Shown here in pieces: positions 57,879-64,000 of a stretch of DNA of 64,000 nt. Under the pieces are notes generated by a model, which was not told the DNA's origin, ran no database searches, and was given only the letters and a program-made list of their open reading frames with translations. Position 1 is the stretch's first letter. Each line of letters begins with the position of its first letter. The stretch comes from Candidatus Cloacimonadota bacterium. Its GTDB lineage: Bacteria > Cloacimonadota > Cloacimonadia > JGIOTU-2. The translations under genes were made by a program, and so were the position numbers. The DNA is taken from positions 32,001-96,000 of the forward strand of contig JBNGBT010000009.1 of assembly GCA_049903315.1 (NCBI GenBank), written 5' to 3'.

Positions 57879-59720
57879 TCAAAAACTCGTTTCTACTTGA
57901 AATTTGATCTGTCTTGATCGCTTAATCTTCTTCTCTTTCCAGATTTTCTCGGCATATTTTGCTTGCAATGATATGTAGGAACCTATGTCATATTTGAGAA
58001 GAATATACCCGAATACACCATCGCCCTTAAATTGTGAGTTGAGCATGACCCCATCGAGGTCGTTTTCATACATGTACAGAATAATATCGCCCGTGTGATA
58101 TTGGCAGAAGCGAATATAGTTTTTTAGCTTGGGCGTTATAAAGTACTTAATTTCTTGGTAGAGTAGGGTGCCGGCATCATACTTGTCGGTATTGGTATAA
58201 TGATGATAGGTGAATTCTCCCCGGAATTTAAGTTCGATCTTATCGTTGATCTTTTGTATGAAATCACATCTGTAGGTATTTCTTTTTACCTGATACAGCT
58301 TGCTCACATCATCAAAGCTTCGCCATCGCTCTGTCTGCTTGTAATGATAGGTCAGGCGTATGCGAGAAGCATTCCACTTCTGATCAAATTGAACAAAAGA
58401 ATCGAAGCCATAGATCGGAAGATTGCCGTAAGTGCTTTCCTCGGGAAAACGGAAGACATCAAAATAAACGTCCAGGCGGGATTTCGCAAGGGGACGATAT
58501 GTAATGCCATAATATAATCCTCTCTCGTTATCAAAATTTCCACCAGCATGAAACGGATTACCATGAAAGGAGGGGAAATCCTTCTCATAATTCCTGTATA
58601 AAATGACATTTTCGAATGTGTCTTGCTGCCATAGTACCCCAGTGAGAAAAGCACGCTTTCCATTCGCAAGTGCTCCTTCTCCGAAAATTGTGATGTTTTT
58701 GTAGTTAAGATAATAATCTGCGCTGTAAAGATTCTGAAACTGTTTTTTTGTCGAGTCACAAAAGGGATGGTTATAAAAATCTCTGTATGCAGTAATACCA
58801 AGCGTGTTCTGGGCTCCATAACTGATATGTGTGCCATATAATTTTTCCCGAATTGCGTCCTTTTTATCCAGGTCGCTCTCACTTCGATGAAATCCAGTAA
58901 TATCTATGCTTTTTATACAGCCGTTTTCAACTATTCCATCAAGGGCATAGTCAGAATAGAAGGGTATGATATGAAAATCGTACAAAGAAAAATCTCCCGC
59001 AAAACCAAATAGGGAATATGCCTCATTGGTCGAGGTGTAGGGTTTTATATCTTGATAGTGTTTGAGTGGCTGGTGTGCTGCATTTCCGCCTTTCGAGAGC
59101 GCTAGTTTGGGGGCAAAAAGTATTCCCTGACCGAAAGATAATCTATAGTTCCCTGCTGCGAAACTTTTTATAAAACCCATTTCTTTTGCATAGAGCGTTG
59201 CGCTCCAATAGTCAACCCAATCTTTCTCCCCCTCGTCCTTTTGTGAGAGGAAGTATAATGAAAAATTCCTCCAGTTCGCTTGATATCTCTGATAAAATTT
59301 CAGTGGCGAGGTATATTCTGTATCTTCTTTGTACTGGATCCTTTGGCGCGTGATCACATGAACTGGCGTTGGCAAATGAAATGAAATATAGGGTTGAAGT
59401 TCCTCGATAATCCCTTGTGAAATCCCTGCTTTCTGTAATGCGGTGTTGTTTACAATTGCGTGTGTTTTTCGATAAAGAAGAATTGCATCCACGTCCTGTG
59501 GTGAAAGCCAAGGAAGCGCAACAAGTTCTTCATAATCCGCCTTGTTAATGTCGAGTTTGTGTTTTTCAAGATATTCCAGGTGCTGCTGTAATTCGGTGGA
59601 AATATAGGTTTCATCTTCCGAAGAAAAGAGCTTTTCCATCTGCTCTTCTGTGTCTTCTGCGTGAAGCTGACATACAGCAACAGCGAGAAGAAAAACGAAG
59701 AAAAAAAATTTATTTCCCAT
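57879..59720 (-). CDS. ComEA-like helix-hairpin-helix protein fused to a probable outer-membrane barrel
   Basis: LDINKADYEELVALP, KDEGE and GNYRLSFGQG motifs. Terminal Phe. Start at MGNKFF. Confidence 0.75.
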   Translation of the reverse strand: MGNKFFFFVFLLAVAVCQLHAEDTEEQMEKLFSSEDETYISTELQQHLEYLEKHKLDINKADYEELVALPWLSPQDVDAILLYRKTHAIVNNTALQKAGISQGIIEELQPYISFHLPTPVHVITRQRIQYKEDTEYTSPLKFYQRYQANWRNFSLYFLSQKDEGEKDWVDYWSATLYAKEMGFIKSFAAGNYRLSFGQGILFAPKLALSKGGNAAHQPLKHYQDIKPYTSTNEAYSLFGFAGDFSLYDFHIIPFYSDYALDGIVENGCIKSIDITGFHRSESDLDKKDAIREKLYGTHISYGAQNTLGITAYRDFYNHPFCDSTKKQFQNLYSADYYLNYKNITIFGEGALANGKRAFLTGVLWQQDTFENVILYRNYEKDFPSFHGNPFHAGGNFDNERGLYYGITYRPLAKSRLDVYFDVFRFPEESTYGNLPIYGFDSFVQFDQKWNASRIRLTYHYKQTERWRSFDDVSKLYQVKRNTYRCDFIQKINDKIELKFRGEFTYHHYTNTDKYDAGTLLYQEIKYFITPKLKNYIRFCQYHTGDIILYMYENDLDGVMLNSQFKGDGVFGYILLKYDIGSYISLQAKYAEKIWKEKKIKRSRQIKFQVETSF

Positions 59721-60504
59721 ATTGTAGCGAGATATAATGTGTTGATTGCAAGTATTCGTGGGTTTCAATTGCATATTGTATCTTAAAATTTAAAAAGGTA
59801 AATTCGCATCCTGCAGTGAACTGGTTTGGTTCTGTATGAAATCCGCTGAAGAAGCCAAAATATTTCATGGGATAATATGAAATCCCTACCCGGAAAGAAA
59901 AGGAGTAATCGAATTCTTTCACAAAACCAAATCCTGCCTGAAGATTTTCTGCAATATCGTATGCAATAAATGTTCTATTCTCTTGTGGAAGAGGATCGTT
60001 TTCCAGCTCTCCAAAATTCAGATTCAAGTATGAGGTTGAGAACGTAAGGTTTCTGTATTCTGCCCTAAACCCAATGTCCACCTGGTATGAATTCTGGGCT
60101 TCAAACGACTGTGTTTTATCACATAGATAGCGCAATCCTACTCCAAGCCGATAGTGCGAAAAGATTCTAATATTTGCTGCGGAAATGAAGCTTTGTTCTT
60201 TATAAATATCGTTTCCGAAATCCTGATAACCAAAACCGATAGTTATTTTTCCAAACCGATACGAAAATGCAATATTTTTGTAAGATATTTCCCTAAATGA
60301 AAATGGCATTGTGTAGGATGAAGCTGCAGAGAACTGCTGCTGCATATTTGCCGGATTTAAGAACATGCTGGCTGCTGAACCGTCAAGCAGAGACATTCCG
60401 GAAAGTGCTGCGATCTTTGCTGACGGGGCATACTGCAAGAATGCGCCTTCAGCCGGAAGGACGATCACACACATCAATAAAATCGTAAAAAGAGTAATTT
60501 TCAT
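59710..60504 (-). CDS. PorV/PorQ-like outer-membrane beta-barrel
   Basis: Signal peptide. PSAKIAALSG...FLNPA N-terminal motif and amphipathic strands. Confidence 0.6.
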   Translation of the reverse strand: MKITLFTILLMCVIVLPAEGAFLQYAPSAKIAALSGMSLLDGSAASMFLNPANMQQQFSAASSYTMPFSFREISYKNIAFSYRFGKITIGFGYQDFGNDIYKEQSFISAANIRIFSHYRLGVGLRYLCDKTQSFEAQNSYQVDIGFRAEYRNLTFSTSYLNLNFGELENDPLPQENRTFIAYDIAENLQAGFGFVKEFDYSFSFRVGISYYPMKYFGFFSGFHTEPNQFTAGCEFTFLNFKIQYAIETHEYLQSTHYISLQYGK

Positions 60505-60578
60505 AACTCGCTCCACGTCTATTTTTTTTCCTTTGAAATGGAGTGTTGGTTTGTGATATTTTTTGTCAATTTTTTATT

Positions 60579-60600
60579 AAAAAAACCCGCAAGGTGCGGG
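60579..60600 (-). terminator. Terminator of the tRNA operon
   Basis: Minus strand CCCGCA-cct-TGCGGG-TTTTTTT. Confidence 0.8.
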
Positions 60601-60606
60601 AAAAAG

Positions 60607-60693
60607 TGGTACCAGAGGCCGGACTTGAACCGGCACGGGTAAAAACCCGAGGGATTTTAAGTCCCTTGTGTCTACCAATTCCACCACTCCGGC
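60607..60693 (-). tRNA. tRNA-Leu(TAA)
   Basis: GCCGGAGTGGTGGAATTGGTAGACAC...CTTAAAA loop, long variable arm, GGTTCAAGTCC, encoded CCA. Confidence 0.96.
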
Positions 60694-60705
60694 ACGTAAT
60701 AAATT

Positions 60706-60779
<74 letters not shown>

Positions 60780-60788
60780 AGAAAAAAA

Positions 60789-60863
60789 TGGAGCGGGAAA
60801 CGGGATTCGAACCCGCGACATCTACCTTGGCAAGGTAGAGCTCTACCACTGAGCTATTCCCGC
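60789..60863 (-). tRNA. tRNA-Gly(GCC)
   Basis: GCGGGAATAGCTCAGTGGTAGAGC...TTGCCAA loop, GGTTCGAATCC, encoded CCA. Confidence 0.96.
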
Positions 60864-60958
60864 AGTAGGAAGTAAAAAATTTTAGTCCTGCTTCCCATGT
60901 CAAGAATTTTGCACGTCTATATCATTCGTTCTCTGCCAGATACCGATCATGCAAATCC

Positions 60959-62719
60959 TTAATATCTTAATATCGGCTCTTTATCAAAATAATATCCTAA
61001 AATTTTACCGGCGAGTATTGCTGCAATGTCCGCTCCGGATCCGCCCTGTTCCACAAAGATAAGAACGGCTATCTCTGGATCATTCATTGGCGCTACTGCA
61101 ACGAACCATGCATGGGTGTCTCCATAATAATTTTCTGCGGAACCTGTTTTTCCACCAACCATAATATCTTTTACCCGGGCCATTCCACCTGTTCTTCCCT
61201 TTGCATTGACGGCTTCATACAAAGATTGTTTCAAGAGATCAAGGGTGTTTTGCGAAATTGGCAATCTCATTTGAGGATATTTATAGGGTTCTGTGATTTC
61301 ATCCCGAATTGCATAATCTACAAAATGCGGACGATGCACAATTCCATTGTTTGCTATACCAGCATAAAAACAAGCCATTGATAGGGGTGTGAGAAGCACT
61401 TCACCCTGTCCGATAGTCAGGTTCAGCAGGTTACCTCTTGTCCAGCCCAATTTCCCATAATTTTTGTCATACCATTCTGAGGTTGGAAAGAAACCTTTTC
61501 TGCTTCGGATTTGGTCAACAGGAATGCTTTCCAGAAGATTGCAGTCTTTTACAAATTCCATAAAATCGTTAAGGTCCATCATTTCTGCAATTTTATAAAA
61601 ATATGAATCACACGACTCTCTTATTGCATCGAGAAGATTAACTTTTCCGTGCCCATCCTCTTTCCAACATCCAAAAAACCTACCCCCATATTCTACTCCT
61701 CCTTCGCAATCAACGAGATTTTCATGCGGCTCGACAAGGTTTCTTTCTAGTGCATAAGCTGCTACAACAAGCTTAAAAACGGATCCAGGCGGGTATGCTG
61801 CGCTCATAGCTTTATTCAAGAGCGGATTGTTCTCATCCTCCACTATTTGCTTCCAATAATCCTCATTCATACCAGTAACGAAATTATTCGGATCATATTC
61901 CGGAGTGCTTACCATTGCCACGATCCCGCCTGTTTTACAATTCATCACAATGGCTACAGCTGAAGTATCTTTAGGGAGCAGTTGTGCAATTTTTTTTTGA
62001 AGACTTTTGTCGACCGTTAACACAAAATCTTTCCCTGGTAAAGATTGTTTTCCGGAATTTTCTTTCATGAGACCCAGTGGTTGCCCCGTTGCGTCCACCT
62101 GGATGACATCGTATCCTTTTTCACCCTTGAGCTCCGTCTCGAAACATTTCTCCAAACCAACTTTGCCAATATAATCTGTTTTTGAATAATCTCCATCTTG
62201 GAGCGTTTGATACTCCGCAGATGACATCTTTCCTACATATCCGATATAATGAGAGTTTAGGTCATAATATCTGATTGCTTCCGGTTTAATAATGACTGCC
62301 GGGTATTCTTCGCTGTGTTCCTCAAGCTTGATCGCGATTTCCATATCAACTTTATCCTGTACAAGAACCGGTGCAAATTTGAAAAACCTGTGTTTATAGA
62401 TGAGCTCAGAAATTTTCTCTACAGGAACCCCAAGATTTCCGGACAGGAAAGCCGCGACGTTGTCTGCATCTGTAATTTCATTGATATCAATATAAACTGA
62501 AAGGGATGGTATATTTTCTGTGAGCGGCTGCATATTGCGGTCATACAGGATGCCCCTGCGGGCGGGTTTTTTTATAATGCGAAAATAATTTTTCTCGGCA
62601 ATTTCTTTGTACTCATTTCCCTTTACGACCTGTATCTGAAACAAAAAATAGGTAAACATCAGAAACAAAGCCAGTACGAGAATCAATAGCTGGTCGGCTT
62701 TTTTCAGCTTCAATTTCAT
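60959..62719 (-). CDS. mrdA: Penicillin-binding protein 2
   Basis: ARRGILYDRN, YPPGSVFK (SxxK), SCD and KTG motifs. Follows mreD. Confidence 0.95.
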   Translation of the reverse strand: MKLKLKKADQLLILVLALFLMFTYFLFQIQVVKGNEYKEIAEKNYFRIIKKPARRGILYDRNMQPLTENIPSLSVYIDINEITDADNVAAFLSGNLGVPVEKISELIYKHRFFKFAPVLVQDKVDMEIAIKLEEHSEEYPAVIIKPEAIRYYDLNSHYIGYVGKMSSAEYQTLQDGDYSKTDYIGKVGLEKCFETELKGEKGYDVIQVDATGQPLGLMKENSGKQSLPGKDFVLTVDKSLQKKIAQLLPKDTSAVAIVMNCKTGGIVAMVSTPEYDPNNFVTGMNEDYWKQIVEDENNPLLNKAMSAAYPPGSVFKLVVAAYALERNLVEPHENLVDCEGGVEYGGRFFGCWKEDGHGKVNLLDAIRESCDSYFYKIAEMMDLNDFMEFVKDCNLLESIPVDQIRSRKGFFPTSEWYDKNYGKLGWTRGNLLNLTIGQGEVLLTPLSMACFYAGIANNGIVHRPHFVDYAIRDEITEPYKYPQMRLPISQNTLDLLKQSLYEAVNAKGRTGGMARVKDIMVGGKTGSAENYYGDTHAWFVAVAPMNDPEIAVLIFVEQGGSGADIAAILAGKILGYYFDKEPILRY

Positions 62720-63198
62720 TTTTGAGTAAAGCTTAGTTTAAGATGGTCTGCGAGGTATAAAAGGAGTATTATTATAAAAGAATATGCTGAATTATAGAGA
62801 GAGAGAACGATGATCTTTCCAAGCGCAAGCGCATCGCCTGTATTAAATATCAGGAATATCGCTGATGAAAGAAAAAAATAGAACAGGTTGGCGAGGATTA
62901 CCAGTACAAATCCTATCCCGATCAGCTGTCTGCTCAGTAATCTCTTGAGTCTGCTGAGGTTAAATGCTATAATGAGAAAAAGCAGGGGCGATACTCCAAA
63001 TGATGAGGGCTGATTAAGGTCAATAATTATGCCGAGGATGAATGCTAAGACAAAACCGGAAACATTCTCCCGCGTGAGGTTATAATAGATAATCAGTGGT
63101 AAAAAAAGATTCGGTATCGTTTCCCATAATCCAAATGATGCTGCAAAAAAATATTGAAAATAGACTGTGAATATGGTGACGAGAATGAGAACGATCAT
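62716..63198 (-). CDS. mreD: Rod shape-determining protein MreD
   Basis: IPNL and AFILGIIID motifs, multi-TM, directly upstream of mrdA. Confidence 0.85.
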   Translation of the reverse strand: MIVLILVTIFTVYFQYFFAASFGLWETIPNLFLPLIIYYNLTRENVSGFVLAFILGIIIDLNQPSSFGVSPLLFLIIAFNLSRLKRLLSRQLIGIGFVLVILANLFYFFLSSAIFLIFNTGDALALGKIIVLSLYNSAYSFIIILLLYLADHLKLSFTQK

Positions 63199-63875
63199 AG
63201 CTTCTCCCAAACAAGGCACAATGGCGTGAGTTCCATTTGCTGTCCCTGTGGATTATCTCCCATGATCTCTTCGAGAAGCCGGGCATTAATTCCGGCTGAT
63301 CTGCCAATAACCCACGATCCGCCTATGTCATTGATATCCATGATTGCGGCTTCGTTCCCAGTTATTTCATGAATTTTCCGGCATATCTCGTCCGTATGAA
63401 TAGGACCTTTGATAACAGTCTTGTTGTACGGCGTTACTGGTGATGTGTGTGCAGCATCGACAAGTGCCGCTTGCTTACCAGCAATGCGGTAAAAGAGTCC
63501 GTGTATTCCAAATAATTTCCCGATAGCGCCGGCAATTGCCGCTATTATAATCCTAAGGTGGCCGCACTCGTCTATTGCGCACTGCATGCTTGTTTTTGAG
63601 CGCAAGCCAACTCCATATGGTACTTTGCTTACTCCTCGCCAGAGAAGTTTTGAGAGAAGTCCGATCTTTATCTCGTCTTCCAGTACAGCCCTTCCTTGAG
63701 TGATCGCCACAGGGCTTTCGCTCATGACGATAATATCACCCGCTTTTCTTTTTCCTTCTGTATATTCAAGTACGATATTTACAATGTCGTCTTCGGGCGT
63801 TAAAATTTTTGTTTTGATGGGTTGCCTTAAATAGATTTTCGTTTCTACTGTTCTTTCTGTGATGTTATTTTTCAT
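63195..63875 (-). CDS. CofE/F420:gamma-glutamyl ligase-like protein
   Basis: PIKTKIL, GDIIVMSESPVAITQGR, IMDINDIG and DNPQGQQMELTP match the CofE-like ligase pattern. Confidence 0.75.
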   Translation of the reverse strand: MKNNITERTVETKIYLRQPIKTKILTPEDDIVNIVLEYTEGKRKAGDIIVMSESPVAITQGRAVLEDEIKIGLLSKLLWRGVSKVPYGVGLRSKTSMQCAIDECGHLRIIIAAIAGAIGKLFGIHGLFYRIAGKQAALVDAAHTSPVTPYNKTVIKGPIHTDEICRKIHEITGNEAAIMDINDIGGSWVIGRSAGINARLLEEIMGDNPQGQQMELTPLCLVWEKL

Positions 63876-63999
63876 AATTTTGAATTATCGCCACTGCCTC
63901 GATATTCGCGAGATTTACATAAGGTTCTATAGCTGCCCTTGTGAAAAGTCCATCGCTGCTTTGCTCGATCTCAACGATATTTCCAAATGGAAGTTCGGG
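63872..63999 (-). CDS. mreC: Rod shape-determining protein MreC, 3' end (partial)
   Basis: PELPFGNIVEIEQSSDGLFTRAAIEPYVNLANIEAVAIIQKL*, typical of the MreC C-terminus. Not in the ORF track. Confidence 0.8.
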
Positions 64000-64000
64000 A

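Overview
Bacterial chromosomal window, most likely from an anaerobic diderm of the FCB group. Ca. Cloacimonadota is my inference, based on several secreted proteins with an NYPNPFN-type FlgD/T9SS-like C-terminal domain, a PorV-like barrel and an Nfn-type flavoenzyme pair. Core blocks: rsmI-cca operon (8.4-14.2 kb, minus), femX-murE-acpS-tdh-kbl (35.7-40.9 kb, minus), rpsU-cvpA-mutS2-[insert]-dnaG-rpoD (41.9-49.7 kb), tRNA Gly-Cys-Leu cluster, and mreC-[CofE-like]-mreD-mrdA at the right end. A co-oriented accessory tract (14.3-35.6 kb) runs from a YefM/YoeB toxin-antitoxin pair to an NYN nuclease and includes two pseudogenes. Best candidates for new biology: (1) an unusual peptidoglycan pathway, with an EDPR-type MurE coupled to a FemX-type transferase and Thr-to-Gly enzymes, plus a CofE-like amide ligase translationally coupled inside the mreCD-pbp2 operon; (2) an NYN/PIN-like RNase preceded by a promoter and a two-hairpin small RNA/terminator, resembling an RNA-antitoxin system; (3) a 1056-aa HEAT-repeat gene with integron-cassette-like complementary ends. 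No CRISPR array, rRNA, integrase or transposase was recognised. All calls are by eye, with no database searches.
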